From a virus: a stretch of 64,000 nt of DNA. The notes under the pieces were generated by a model. It saw only the letters and a list, made by a program, of their open reading frames with translations. It had not been told where the DNA came from and searched no databases. A program made the position numbers and the translations under genes. Below are positions 41,717 through 51,670 of this stretch, one piece after another (position 1 is the stretch's first letter; every line of letters starts with the position of its first letter). The stretch lies in the IMG/VR virus record IMGVR_UViG_3300043449_002510, positions 60,149 to 124,148 of that record; one strand, written 5' to 3'.

Positions 41717-42766
41717 TTAGTTTGTATATATATCTTTTAAAATTTCTTTATTTGTTTTTACCCAAGTTAAAATTTGATTATATCCATCTGCTATTGAAAC
41801 TTTAGGTTTCCAATTAAATTCGAAAGAAACTTTAGTTATGTCTGATATATATATTGCTTGATCAGCTCTTCTGACTTTTTCATGATAAATGATATCTTTG
41901 AATTTTTTATTATCATTTAAAATGTCTATTGCTTCATTTACAGACATGTGATTTTCAATTCCTCCTCCTACGTTAAAAATTTCACCTCTGTATTTGTTAA
42001 TTTTTTGCATCTGCTTCTCTATTAAAATGTTTAAGTCTTCTGAAAATAAACAGTCTCTAACTTGATTACCCTCGAATCCAAAAACTTCTATTGGTAACTC
42101 AAGCTCGTTTGCGATTGCAAACCATGTAACCCACCCTTGTTCTGCTTTTCCCCATTGATTTGGTCCAGCCAAGCATGAAAACCTATTGCAAATCATTGGA
42201 ATATTATATGCATCAGCCCATTCTTGAACTAAAAGATCTGCGGCTATTTTGCTTGCTCCATAAATAGAATGATCTTTTCCATTGACATTAAGTGATTCAT
42301 TAAATCCTTTTTCAGTCCACCCATTTAAAATAAAATCTTTTTTATTCCATACGAATTTGCGTTGAACTTTTTCATATGGAACTGAATTAATTAAATCTCC
42401 AGAATAGCATTTATTAGTTGACCAAAAAATTAAAGGAGTCTTGTTTTTTCTACAAAATTCTAAAACATTCACTAAGGCTCTGGTGTTATTTGTAAAATCA
42501 AATTCAGGATTTGAATAATTTATCGCACTTGGCTGCGCAGCGCAATTTAATACTAAATCAACTTCTGGCAAATTTAAGATGTCTTCTTTATTTCTTATGT
42601 CGCAATGAAAAAATTTTATATCTTGTTTTTTAAATTTTGGTATTGATAATTCAGAACCTCTTCTAACTAAGTTGTCTGCAATGATTACGTCATAATTTTG
42701 ATTTTTTAAATATGTTGCTAAATTGTATCCGACAAAACCAGCCCCTCCAATAATTAAAGTTTTCAT
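41717..42766 (-). CDS. NAD-dependent sugar epimerase, CDP-paratose 2-epimerase (RfbE)-like
   Basis: GGAGFVG, AAQPS, STNKCY, YGASK, RFSCLAGPNQWGKAEQGWV, QVRD. Confidence 0.85.
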   Translation of the reverse strand: MKTLIIGGAGFVGYNLATYLKNQNYDVIIADNLVRRGSELSIPKFKKQDIKFFHCDIRNKEDILNLPEVDLVLNCAAQPSAINYSNPEFDFTNNTRALVNVLEFCRKNKTPLIFWSTNKCYSGDLINSVPYEKVQRKFVWNKKDFILNGWTEKGFNESLNVNGKDHSIYGASKIAADLLVQEWADAYNIPMICNRFSCLAGPNQWGKAEQGWVTWFAIANELELPIEVFGFEGNQVRDCLFSEDLNILIEKQMQKINKYRGEIFNVGGGIENHMSVNEAIDILNDNKKFKDIIYHEKVRRADQAIYISDITKVSFEFNWKPKVSIADGYNQILTWVKTNKEILKDIYTN

Positions 42767-42778
42767 GTTTTTATTATA

Positions 42779-43354
42779 TTATTCTTTGCTAAAATAAGTC
42801 CAAATTTCTTCTCCTAATCTGTGTTTTTTTTGATATTCTACTTTTATATTTGTTTTTTCTATTGCCTTGTTTACTACGTTTTCCCAATCTTCAAACGTTT
42901 TAAAAGGATATGTGTGTGGCGAATTAACTTGAGAGGTATTTTTTTCTTCTATTGGAGTTATTATCATGACTTGTTTTTTAGTCACCCTAATTGCTTCTGA
43001 GACTGCTTTTACTGGATCTAAACTATGCTCTATTGAGTGAGACATAAAAGAATAATCAAATTCGTCATTTGAAAATTTTAAATCATGCATGTCCATTTCA
43101 ATTAAATTGGCTCCTTTTTGTATTCCATATTCTATTTTTTCTTTTATAAGATCTGCTCCGACGATATTATTGTATCCTAGATTTTTCATTTCCAAAACAC
43201 CAACACCAAAAGCACATCCTATATCTAAAATTTTAGAATTTTTATCTTTATCTTTCAAAAAATCTTTAAAAGCCTCAATCATTTGAAAAGCCCATCCTCC
43301 AGATAATTCACCAGCTTCGTTTTTTTGTAAATCGTAATATTGTTGATAATTCAT
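42779..43354 (-). CDS. SAM-dependent methyltransferase (type 11)
   Basis: ILDIGCAFG, 'DMHDLKF...FD...SHSIEH'; start reassigned to 43354. Confidence 0.85.
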   Translation of the reverse strand: MNYQQYYDLQKNEAGELSGGWAFQMIEAFKDFLKDKDKNSKILDIGCAFGVGVLEMKNLGYNNIVGADLIKEKIEYGIQKGANLIEMDMHDLKFSNDEFDYSFMSHSIEHSLDPVKAVSEAIRVTKKQVMIITPIEEKNTSQVNSPHTYPFKTFEDWENVVNKAIEKTNIKVEYQKKHRLGEEIWTYFSKE

Positions 43355-43355
43355 T

Positions 43356-44030
43356 TTAAAATCTTCCTTTAAAATATTTTTCTCCATATCTTTGATGTTG
43401 TCCAAGAGTACTTTCTTGATGTTCAATTATCAAAGAATTTTCGAGATAGAACATTTCTATGTTATTATAATGACAGAAATTAGAAAACTCAACGTCTTCA
43501 TTATGAGAATCAGAAAAATTTATACTTTTAAAATAAAAAGATGGAGATATTCTTGCAAATCCACCTACGTGATTTACTTTTCTGAATGTATAAAAAATAT
43601 TTAAATTTTCACTATACAATACTTTTCTGTTATTGCTTTGAATGCCTCCAAGATTATTTATTAATCCAACTGGAAACGGAGAAAATACACTTCCAGGAAT
43701 GAGTTTAGTTATTTCAGAAGCGTTTTCAAAAAAATCTTGAGATCTTATAATCGCATCATCATCTAATTTCATTACATATGGACAATCAGTTTCTTCGGTT
43801 TTTATTTCATTCAAAATACTTCCTACTGTTTTTTTAGTTTGAGTCTTAATTATATTTATTTTACTTTTGTATTCATCGTTTACATTTTCAAAGACCTTCT
43901 CTTCGAATGAATTATCTTGAAATATAATCTTGTGTTTTTTAATAAAATGATTAGATTGCGAAGATATTGATTTTAGTAATCTATTTAAATAAAGAGTCCT
44001 TCCGCATGTGATTGTAATTATTTCAAACAT
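43356..44030 (-). CDS. GT2-like glycosyltransferase
   Basis: 'ITITCGR..YL.RLL.SI', 'KLDDD', 'ED..F', 'IEH'. Confidence 0.7.
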   Translation of the reverse strand: MFEIITITCGRTLYLNRLLKSISSQSNHFIKKHKIIFQDNSFEEKVFENVNDEYKSKINIIKTQTKKTVGSILNEIKTEETDCPYVMKLDDDAIIRSQDFFENASEITKLIPGSVFSPFPVGLINNLGGIQSNNRKVLYSENLNIFYTFRKVNHVGGFARISPSFYFKSINFSDSHNEDVEFSNFCHYNNIEMFYLENSLIIEHQESTLGQHQRYGEKYFKGRF

Positions 44031-44036
44031 ATTTTA

Positions 44037-44687
44037 TTAATTTAATAATTTTATAAATTCTTTATGTATGGGTAAATGTCTGCCATGGAAGCCAAAAGTT
44101 GCCATTGGACTTCCTTCTTTTATTGGGTTTTCCCATGAAAATTTTGCCGCAACATCTACTGTAGCAAATTTAAATCCATTTTCTTCAATTAGTTTTCTAT
44201 TTTCTAAACAAATATAATTATCCTCTAGTGAATCTTCTTTTGATACAAAACCCATTTTAGAAACAAAGTCCATAAGCTTCTTACTTCTTAAAGAAAATCC
44301 ACCATTTCCTACTCTTCCCGCTCTGTTGGGCCACTCTGATGGCCATGGGGCACCTACATAGTCATAATTCAAAAAAATATCATTCCATAATTCAGGTCTT
44401 AAAACAAAACCATCCCATTGAACTAACAAAACATAATCAGATTCAATATAATTAACAAGACTATTAATTAAAAAGTCATTATACTCAATCATGCTTAAGT
44501 TTTTTATATATATATAAGTTTCATCAAAAAAGGTTGGACAATAAGTTGAAAATAATTTTATTTTTGAAAATTTTATATTTTTCGATGAAAAATTTAATGC
44601 TTTTGCTGATAATTGAATTTTTTCTATATCAGATCTTCCGTCTACGCACACTAGTTCGACTTTTTTAGATAGATCAATAAAATTCAT
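44037..44687 (-). CDS. DUF5672-family (GT-like) protein
   Basis: 'LLVQWDGFV..P..W...FL.YDYVGAPW...VGNGGFSLRSKKL...ED...FSWE...FGFH'. Confidence 0.8.
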   Translation of the reverse strand: MNFIDLSKKVELVCVDGRSDIEKIQLSAKALNFSSKNIKFSKIKLFSTYCPTFFDETYIYIKNLSMIEYNDFLINSLVNYIESDYVLLVQWDGFVLRPELWNDIFLNYDYVGAPWPSEWPNRAGRVGNGGFSLRSKKLMDFVSKMGFVSKEDSLEDNYICLENRKLIEENGFKFATVDVAAKFSWENPIKEGSPMATFGFHGRHLPIHKEFIKLLN

Positions 44688-45466
44688 AAAGAACAATAAT
44701 TTATATATTTTTTTATTTCTGTTTGACTGGTTTCTTTTGTTATTTTAAAAAATTCTAATACTCTCTCATTAACATAGGGAGTTACAAAATTCATATCTCT
44801 AAAATCATCTTTATAATCGCCCAGTATGCAATAAGTTTTTATTTGATTCATGCAAGCCATGTTTTTGAAACAACTATCTGTTCCTATAAACAAATTACAT
44901 ATCTTTACAGCATATAAACTTTTTACTATATTAGAATAACAAACAAATTTAACATTTTCTTTTTCAAAAAAATCATTTTCAAAAATCTCTTCTTCTGTTC
45001 CAAAAATTAAATAATTGAATTTATCGTTAAATGATTCATAGATAACTTCTTTACTTATATTTTTTGTTATTAAATTATTAGATTTAGCGTATGTGTTCGA
45101 AAAAAAACTTCCAAAGGGATGAATACCTATTATTTTCTGGGTTTTTAAAAAACTATTAATTAATTTTCTATTTTCGTTTTCTAATTCTTGAAAAATGGGA
45201 AATTTATAAAACAAATCTCTTTCAGCAATTTTTAATTCAATTTTTTCGTCAGAAGTGAGTCGTTTTTTTTGTTCTATAAATTCGTTTACATTATCAAAAA
45301 ACAAATATTCTATATTTTGAAAAGAAAAAAAATCATAGAAGTCTTTTGCTTTTTTATAATGAGTATGAATTAAAAATTTCTCATCTTTATTTTTAAGAGA
45401 AAAGGGTAAAAATTGAAGAAAGTCTCCTATTCCACCGCTAACGTAGTTTGTTTTTACCTTTTCCAT
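44684..45466 (-). CDS. GT9-like glycosyltransferase
   Basis: 'GGIGDFL', 'IGIHPFGS', 'FIGTDSCF'. Confidence 0.65.
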   Translation of the reverse strand: MEKVKTNYVSGGIGDFLQFLPFSLKNKDEKFLIHTHYKKAKDFYDFFSFQNIEYLFFDNVNEFIEQKKRLTSDEKIELKIAERDLFYKFPIFQELENENRKLINSFLKTQKIIGIHPFGSFFSNTYAKSNNLITKNISKEVIYESFNDKFNYLIFGTEEEIFENDFFEKENVKFVCYSNIVKSLYAVKICNLFIGTDSCFKNMACMNQIKTYCILGDYKDDFRDMNFVTPYVNERVLEFFKITKETSQTEIKKYINYCSL

Positions 45467-46299
45467 GTTATTTCAAGTTCTTTATTTAGAAGGCTTTCTT
45501 TATCAAGATATTCAAAAATAAATCTTATTTGGGGAAAAGAACTACTTTTGCATTCTTTTAATTTATTGAAAAGATTTTTTAAAGACACATTTTTAGGTAT
45601 GTCTATAGAAGCCTCCTCTTTGCCTAAGGCTGATAAAGCTGTAATCTTTTTTATAAAAATGGGAGATTTTGTATTTTTCAATAGAGATGTTAGTTCTGCG
45701 TAAAATGGATTGTTTAATGCAGAAAGGTGAGATTTTATATTCCCAAACCTTATAGACTTAAATCCTACTATATTATTAAAATAATCTAAACCTAGATTAT
45801 AAACATCGTCACACTCGAACTTTGTTCCGTCTTCATCCAAAAAATATCCATAGAATGTGCATATTTCTTCATCTTTTTCTATATCTTTTGATGCAGAAAA
45901 TACAAAAGTTTTTTCATTTATTTTCCATTCTGCATTATTTCCACTATTTGAACTATTATAAATAGGGCCAAATCCAAGTGGTAAAACAGTATAAACTATT
46001 TCTTCTTCATCTGGTTGATATTTTGGCATCCATTTAAAATAATATTCTTCAGAGTCTTTAAAACCGAGATTCTTTGCTAAATTTGTTATATATTTTTCTT
46101 TTGGATTTGTGAGGTTGTGTTGTTTTAAAACTTCGAAAAGTGGTTTTCCGGCAAGTATCCAATTGGGTAAAACCACGAAAGGAGACTCTTCAAGAATCTC
46201 TCCTTTAAGTATTTTTTCTTTAGCAAAAACCCCCCACCCCTCTATTTGAGACTCTCTAACTTCAATTTTAGATGTAAAATGTAGTATTCTTTTTTGCAT
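45454..46299 (-). CDS. SET-domain protein (putative protein-lysine methyltransferase) with C-terminal extension
   Basis: 'IEVRESQIEGWGVFAKEKILKGEILE', 'GFGPIYNSS...NA', 'KDIEKDEEICTFYG'; start reassigned to 46299. Confidence 0.8.
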   Translation of the reverse strand: MQKRILHFTSKIEVRESQIEGWGVFAKEKILKGEILEESPFVVLPNWILAGKPLFEVLKQHNLTNPKEKYITNLAKNLGFKDSEEYYFKWMPKYQPDEEEIVYTVLPLGFGPIYNSSNSGNNAEWKINEKTFVFSASKDIEKDEEICTFYGYFLDEDGTKFECDDVYNLGLDYFNNIVGFKSIRFGNIKSHLSALNNPFYAELTSLLKNTKSPIFIKKITALSALGKEEASIDIPKNVSLKNLFNKLKECKSSSFPQIRFIFEYLDKESLLNKELEITWKR

Positions 46300-46627
46300 G
46301 TGGGTGTCTTTTTCCTGTTTTCTTCTCGTAGGATTTCTCAGCTTTATCTCTAACTTCATCTTTTCCAGAAATCCCGCCGCGCTTTTGAGATAACTCAGCG
46401 CTTTTATCCCAAAGTTGACCCAAGGTATAATTTTTATTTTTCGTTTTATTTACAAAATCTTTGGGATTATCAGCTGACATTTGCGTGTCTATGGAAGCTT
46501 GAGGCTTAGTAAAAACACGCTCCCATTTCACACCTTTATCATCTATGTAAATATGGTCTTCATTCATTCCTTGAATGATTTCTACAATTTTTTTTGTCTT
46601 AGGATGCTGAAAAATATAAAGCGGCAT
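46268..46627 (-). CDS. FmdB-like small protein (Cys-less)
   Basis: 'MPLYIFQHPKTKKIVEIIQGM...WERVF'; start at 46627. Confidence 0.5.
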   Translation of the reverse strand: MPLYIFQHPKTKKIVEIIQGMNEDHIYIDDKGVKWERVFTKPQASIDTQMSADNPKDFVNKTKNKNYTLGQLWDKSAELSQKRGGISGKDEVRDKAEKSYEKKTGKRHPHAKKNTTFYI

Positions 46628-46628
46628 A

Positions 46629-46814
46629 TTATCTAGAAAAAATAAATTTAATTTTAGCTGTGTCAAAATCAATCCATTTACCTTCTTTGTTTTGAACTTG
46701 AAGTTTTATTTCATCCAAGGATGCTTTTATTCCAAGACTTGAGTTGGCTAATGCATCGACAATCATTTGTTGAATTTCTGAACCAGTCGTTTCTGACGAT
46801 ATGTTAATTTTCAT
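46629..46814 (-). CDS. Small hypothetical protein
   Basis: 61 aa, tightly coupled on both sides. Confidence 0.55.
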   Translation of the reverse strand: MKINISSETTGSEIQQMIVDALANSSLGIKASLDEIKLQVQNKEGKWIDFDTAKIKFIFSR

Positions 46815-47503
46815 ATATTAAAATTTTTACTTAAATCAATTTTTGAAAGCCACATGAGCTTTCTGCCCTCTTTACTTTCTGAAGAAAAAAAGTTTACAAA
46901 TCCCTTGGTGCCCATTGCTTTTTTAAAATCAAAAAGTTCTTCATCTTCTATTGTTATCTCTGCGCAAATAGACTCTACATTTTTTTCTATCAAACTGCTT
47001 AATAAAAGAATTTCTTTTTCTGCGTATCCGATATTTATTTTTAATATATCTATTTTTTCATCAAAACAGTAAGTTTTTAGTATTTCATCAAGTGTAGCGC
47101 ACTGACATGGATAAAAATTTTCTTCGTTGTCTGGATCAATAGAAATACCTATAGAATTCATGTCAAAATAAATATTATCTATAAGCTCTGGAATTGTAAA
47201 TTTAGCTAATTTTTTTTCTGTGTACACCCCCAATTGATAAGGAGTTATTCTTCCAACAAAGTAATAATTATAACAATTCTCTAACAAAAGTTTATAACTG
47301 TCCACAAATGGTTCAAAGGAATAAACTTTTCTTGCGCCCAGACTTAAAGCGGTAAATGTGAAATAACCAGCATGAGCACCTATATCAACAAATACTTTAC
47401 TTGAGTCTTTTTCTCCTTTTATTTTATATATATTGTCGAAAAAAACTTTATTGAAAACGGTTTGATCGTTTGTAAAGCTTCGCGTTGTTATTTCGGGAGT
47501 CAT
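46811..47503 (-). CDS. FkbM-family methyltransferase
   Basis: VDIGAHAG, VYSFEP, IDILKINIGYAE. Confidence 0.8.
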   Translation of the reverse strand: MTPEITTRSFTNDQTVFNKVFFDNIYKIKGEKDSSKVFVDIGAHAGYFTFTALSLGARKVYSFEPFVDSYKLLLENCYNYYFVGRITPYQLGVYTEKKLAKFTIPELIDNIYFDMNSIGISIDPDNEENFYPCQCATLDEILKTYCFDEKIDILKINIGYAEKEILLLSSLIEKNVESICAEITIEDEELFDFKKAMGTKGFVNFFSSESKEGRKLMWLSKIDLSKNFNI

Positions 47504-48594
47504 ACAATTGATGAAATTACATTATTCAAAAAATTTTCTTTGGAGTATTTTTTTTGCAACTCTAGACCTTCTTCATTTATTTTGTTTTTATGAACTTTTA
47601 AAATAACTTTTTCACAAGCATCAATAAAATCATCTTCATTGAAATCAAAAATATTCCCCTGGTTAAAAGGCTGATTCGGATGGAAGAATACTCCATCATA
47701 AACTGATGTTTTACTATGCGGCTCAACCCAAGAAACCATGTCATCGCTAGCCCAGTCTTTATATGCATGAGCCTTCATCAATACGGCATGTTTTCCAATA
47801 GCAATACTTTGGAATTCAGGAAGACCAAAGCCTTCTCCCCCACTCATTCCTATAATAACGTCTGCGCTATTTAAAAAGTCATTGTATACAGAATTCTCAT
47901 TCATCATTGGGAAAAAATTAACATTAAAAGGTTTATTACCCTCTAAAACACCCATCAAAAGTTGTTGATTTTGTTCTTCATTCAAAAATGGATTATAAAC
48001 AGCACACTGAAGAGAAAATTTTGGATTATTTCCATATTTTTTAATCCAAGATTTTATAATTTTAGCGTGATGTTTTCTTTTTTCAAATTTACCGCAAAGA
48101 TTAAATACGATTCTTTCGTCATTAAAATATTTTTTGTTTTTCTGAAAGAAATTAAAAGAATCAAAAGCTAAGGGCATATATTTAGCTTCAACCCCGTTTT
48201 TCTTAAAAACTTCGCAGGTATATTTTGAAGAAAAATAAATATTATTATTTTTGGCTATGTTTATTTCTATTTTTGTTGGTTGATCAAGTTCGTAAAAAGT
48301 TAAAAGCGTTTGATTTTTAGAAAAACTTTCAAGACTACCGTTGAGGTGCCACAATTTAAAAATAGGTATATCTTTGTTGTAGTTTTCTAAACCATTTAGA
48401 ATCTTCTCTCTTATCCAATCTTTGAACTCTGATGTTACATTTTGGCTTTCTAAATTTACATTTCCTATAGGAAATAAATAGATATCGTTCTTTTCGGAGG
48501 CATTTTTTTCTCTCTCAAAGAGGGTTCTAAGCAAAAGAGTGGATGTTTGACCAAAAGATACAGGATTTAACGGAAGATTAAAAGCTAGTTTCAT
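47500..48594 (-). CDS. GT4-family glycosyltransferase
   Basis: 'GKFEKRK', 'SGGEGFGLPEFQSIAIGK'. Confidence 0.8.
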   Translation of the reverse strand: MKLAFNLPLNPVSFGQTSTLLLRTLFEREKNASEKNDIYLFPIGNVNLESQNVTSEFKDWIREKILNGLENYNKDIPIFKLWHLNGSLESFSKNQTLLTFYELDQPTKIEINIAKNNNIYFSSKYTCEVFKKNGVEAKYMPLAFDSFNFFQKNKKYFNDERIVFNLCGKFEKRKHHAKIIKSWIKKYGNNPKFSLQCAVYNPFLNEEQNQQLLMGVLEGNKPFNVNFFPMMNENSVYNDFLNSADVIIGMSGGEGFGLPEFQSIAIGKHAVLMKAHAYKDWASDDMVSWVEPHSKTSVYDGVFFHPNQPFNQGNIFDFNEDDFIDACEKVILKVHKNKINEEGLELQKKYSKENFLNNVISSIV

Positions 48595-48610
48595 ATTTTT
48601 ATGATAATTT

Positions 48611-48631
48611 GGGGTGAGAGATTCTCACCCC
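48611..48631. other. Intergenic GC-rich stem-loop GGGGTGAGA-GAT-TCTCACCCC
   Basis: Perfect 9-bp stem; T-run only on the + strand, so either an mRNA-stabilising hairpin or a terminator of antisense transcription. Confidence 0.55.
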
Positions 48632-48639
48632 TTTTAACT

Positions 48640-48960
48640 TTACATAACATCATCATCTGATGCTGTAAGCGCCTGCTCTTCTTGAGGCGTTTCATTTTGC
48701 TTGACTTTGGGCTGGGTTGGTTTTGTGATTTGAGTTTTTGTAACGGGAGCGTTTTCGCTCTTGGGTTTAGAAAGGTATATCCTAAGATCTGGGTGAGAGT
48801 CTTTCTGCTTGTACTTATTGCTAAATACAACAACTGGGACATCTTTATCATAACCAAGCGCTTTTAGGTTAATAGTTCCAGACAGAAACTTCTGAGTCTT
48901 TCCCTGTTTTTTCCATAATGCGCCGACTTCTACTTTTTGCTCTGAGTTGTTTTCGTTCAT
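48640..48960 (-). CDS. DUF736-like putative ssDNA-binding protein
   Basis: 'VGALWKK...FLSGTI...VVFSN..K.KDSHPDLRIYLS', flexible linker and acidic SDDDVM tail. Confidence 0.6.
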   Translation of the reverse strand: MNENNSEQKVEVGALWKKQGKTQKFLSGTINLKALGYDKDVPVVVFSNKYKQKDSHPDLRIYLSKPKSENAPVTKTQITKPTQPKVKQNETPQEEQALTASDDDVM

Positions 48961-48999
48961 ATTTTTTAGTTAAAAAACCTAATTTTCGTAGGTAAAGTT

Positions 49000-49027
49000 A
49001 TTATATCATTTTTCAAAAAAAAGTCAA
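49000..49027 (-). promoter_or_regulatory. sigma70-type promoter TTGACT-N16-TATAAT
   Basis: Heads the long - strand DUF736/glycan operon. Confidence 0.6.
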
Positions 49028-49034
49028 TGTGTAT

Positions 49035-49664
49035 TTATACAATATCGCAAATATTTGACATGTTTTTTATTTTATTTTTAATCAAAACCAACCCTTTTTT
49101 GTGAAGAGACATTACTGTTTGTGGCGAGCTGTTTATTTTTTTAGCAATTTTGTCCCATATCATTTTTTTGTCATCAAAGTATCTGTAGTAAAATATTTGT
49201 TTTATTCTTTCGTCTTTTAACTGCTCTAATATATCAACTACATATTCTCTATATTCTTTCAAGTTGTTTTGATTTTCAAAAAATAATTGTCTTGTTTGAT
49301 TTTCTTCTATTTTGTTTTTGATTTCCTCGTCATTTGCTGGAGCTATAAATTTTCTTTCATTAATAGAGTTTAAGCAGAGATATCTTGCGTAATTTCCAAT
49401 CCAAGAAGATAATTTTACATTCTTTTTAGGATCGAAAGTGTTTACGCAATGAAGTATAATTATATTTTTTTCATTAAAAATGTCTTGTATATAAACTCCC
49501 GAAGCGCTTAAAGCTGGAGAATATTTTTGACAAATTTTATAAAAAACATCTTGATACCTCCTGCAAATTTCTTCAAACGCCTCGCTTGAGGCTTTGTTCT
49601 TTACAGCTCTAACCAATTGAATATCTGTTTTAGCTTCTGATAAATTTTTCAATTTTTTCTGCAT
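49035..49664 (-). CDS. Sigma-70 family RNA polymerase sigma factor
   Basis: Region 2 'AFEEICRRY...FDPKKNVKLSSWI'; region 4 'RIKQIFYYRYF....WDKIAKKINSSPQTVMSLHKKGL'. Confidence 0.85.
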   Translation of the reverse strand: MQKKLKNLSEAKTDIQLVRAVKNKASSEAFEEICRRYQDVFYKICQKYSPALSASGVYIQDIFNEKNIIILHCVNTFDPKKNVKLSSWIGNYARYLCLNSINERKFIAPANDEEIKNKIEENQTRQLFFENQNNLKEYREYVVDILEQLKDERIKQIFYYRYFDDKKMIWDKIAKKINSSPQTVMSLHKKGLVLIKNKIKNMSNICDIV

Positions 49665-50214
49665 GTGTTAATAAGTTTAAATTTTTAAAAGAAAACGGTT
49701 CTACCTTATTCCAAATCACTCTATAGTCTGCATTTTTTTTCAAAATGGGGTCATTTTGTTCTTCTTCTCTGTTTGGAGCTTTCAGCTTTTCATTATTGTC
49801 TAAATTCATTGTGATATGAATTAAATATCCGCCTAGTTGTTTTTTTAACCAAAAAAGTTCATCTTCTTCGTATTCGGCATACCGAATATCAGTTATTACT
49901 GCTATGTTTTCTTCGTCTTGATTTAAGAAGTTTTTTATTTCTTCTGTTAATTTTGAAGTCCAGTATGTTCCATTGGTTAAAGTTCTTCTAATTTTTCCAT
50001 GAGCAACTAAAAGTGGACGTATCAAGTCTTTTTCTTCTCTAGTGCAATTAAATAAATCAATTTTATACAAATCTTTCGTAAAAATATTTAATTCATTTTT
50101 AAGACAGTCTGCTAAAGCAAATCTTTTTATTTTTGAATTTTTAAAATTTAGCAAAGCAAACATGGTATCTTTACCGCTTCCAGCAACACCAGATAAACCA
50201 ATGACTCTTTTCAT
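49630..50214 (-). CDS. Deoxynucleoside monophosphate kinase (T4 gp1-like)
   Basis: IGLSGVAGSGKDT, FALADCLK, VITDIRY.E.E. Confidence 0.8.
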   Translation of the reverse strand: MKRVIGLSGVAGSGKDTMFALLNFKNSKIKRFALADCLKNELNIFTKDLYKIDLFNCTREEKDLIRPLLVAHGKIRRTLTNGTYWTSKLTEEIKNFLNQDEENIAVITDIRYAEYEEDELFWLKKQLGGYLIHITMNLDNNEKLKAPNREEEQNDPILKKNADYRVIWNKVEPFSFKNLNLLTHAEKIEKFIRS

Positions 50215-50248
50215 AAAGATGTGACTAAGTATACAAACAAAAATTCAA

Positions 50249-51223
50249 TTATCTTTTTGGAGGAAGGCTGTTTTGCTTTATCTCAAAAACTCCATTGCCG
50301 ATAAAATCCGTTAATGTAGAATAACCGCTATAGCTAACAGCACTACTTAACCCACCCCATAATTCATCAACAAGTTTGGAAAGAGGCTTTAGTTCTTCTT
50401 CTATTTTATAAACTTTTCCCTCGCTGTGTTTTTTTATTCCTCCCCAGCGCTCTTGTTGTTTGTGGCTTGCACCACCCCAATATGTTCCGTCACCAGAAAG
50501 ATGCGTTTCAGCCTCAAAAGCTCTAGCAAAATACCCACCCATCATAACATAATCAGCCCCAGCTCCAAACGCTTTTGCCGCATAGTTCCCATTTTTTACC
50601 CCTCCGTCAGCAAGAATAAAATTATTTTTATAAATTTTATTGGATTTTTTTATACTATATATTTCCGTTAATTCAGTTATTTGCCCCCTGTTGTAACCTG
50701 TAGCATCAGAAGTAGCGCAAGCGCTGCCACCGGCAATGCCGACTCTTATAAAGGTTTCAATATCTGGGTTAATTAAATTATAAAAACCCTCACTAGTCAT
50801 AACGTTTCCAACCATTATTTTTTTAACGTCGCAAAGATTTTTTATAGAAGAAACGATGTTTTTTATACTAGGGATATAACCATTAGCTATATCGATTAAA
50901 ATATTTTTAATATTTTTAGAAGCCAGTTTTTTAACTCTTTCAAAGTCATTCGCGCCAACAGAAACAAAAACGTTATCTTTATTAATTAAAGAATTATAAA
51001 TCTGGATTTGTTTTTCAACATCACAAAATCTATGCAAACAAACGGTCAACCCTAATTTGTTTGCCTCAAATGCAAACTTCTCGCCTATAACAGCATCCAT
51101 TGGCGAAACAATTATTCTGTTTAATTCTTTAGGAACATCACTTCGTGATGAAATAGAAGAATGTTGAGCTATTAAATTAACGTCGTTATAATAAATGCTT
51201 TTTGTTTGAAGTATTGTAGGCAT
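50249..51223 (-). CDS. guaC: GMP reductase / IMPDH family (no CBS domain)
   Basis: SPMD, IDIANG, GNV, catalytic GIAGGSACAT, ADGG, VMMGG, SEGK, SYSG. Confidence 0.75.
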   Translation of the reverse strand: MPTILQTKSIYYNDVNLIAQHSSISSRSDVPKELNRIIVSPMDAVIGEKFAFEANKLGLTVCLHRFCDVEKQIQIYNSLINKDNVFVSVGANDFERVKKLASKNIKNILIDIANGYIPSIKNIVSSIKNLCDVKKIMVGNVMTSEGFYNLINPDIETFIRVGIAGGSACATSDATGYNRGQITELTEIYSIKKSNKIYKNNFILADGGVKNGNYAAKAFGAGADYVMMGGYFARAFEAETHLSGDGTYWGGASHKQQERWGGIKKHSEGKVYKIEEELKPLSKLVDELWGGLSSAVSYSGYSTLTDFIGNGVFEIKQNSLPPKR

Positions 51224-51229
51224 ATTATT

Positions 51230-51670
51230 TGGACTTAAATTTCAAATAAACGTTCAACGGAGAAAAGGAAACATGATGTATTCTTTAGCAAATAAGAGAC
51301 AATATCCCCCACAAAGTAATAAATAATATTACTTCGTGGAGGATCTACATGAATGTCTTCTTTGAGGGCTTTATTTTTTTATGTCAAGCAGCCACCCTGA
51401 CGACATTTGAGAGCTTATAAAAATAAGCCAATAACTACCAAGTACTGGTGATAGGAAAGGTGAAAAACCCATTTACGTTATTGTCCCCTCTGGTTAAGAC
51501 ACAGCGGGTTACTTCTACGACTTCTCGTAGCCTTTTTTATTTTCCATCTCAAAATGGAGCTTTAACCCCTCTTGTTGCGTGTATCTAAAGCTTAAATACC
51601 TCACCCGCGATGGGGCAACTTGAGAAAACCTCACGTTTGACGTACGGCTTAAAAGTGGTTTGTCACTTTT
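51230..51670 (-). ncRNA. Candidate large structured ncRNA or regulatory leader of guaC
   Basis: ~440 nt with no ORF of 60 aa or more, GC-richer than flanks, many nested hairpins, promoter TTGACT-N18-TATTAT at 51704-51675. Confidence 0.5.

Noticed and set aside
49029-49034. GTGTAT on the + strand at the sigma-factor stop
   Set aside because: Points antisense into a gene with no downstream start; may be chance and was not counted as a promoter
51230-51670. Canonical purine riboswitch or group I intron upstream of guaC
   Set aside because: No purine-aptamer core consensus; not inside a gene; no recognisable P7 core. Kept as an unknown ncRNA
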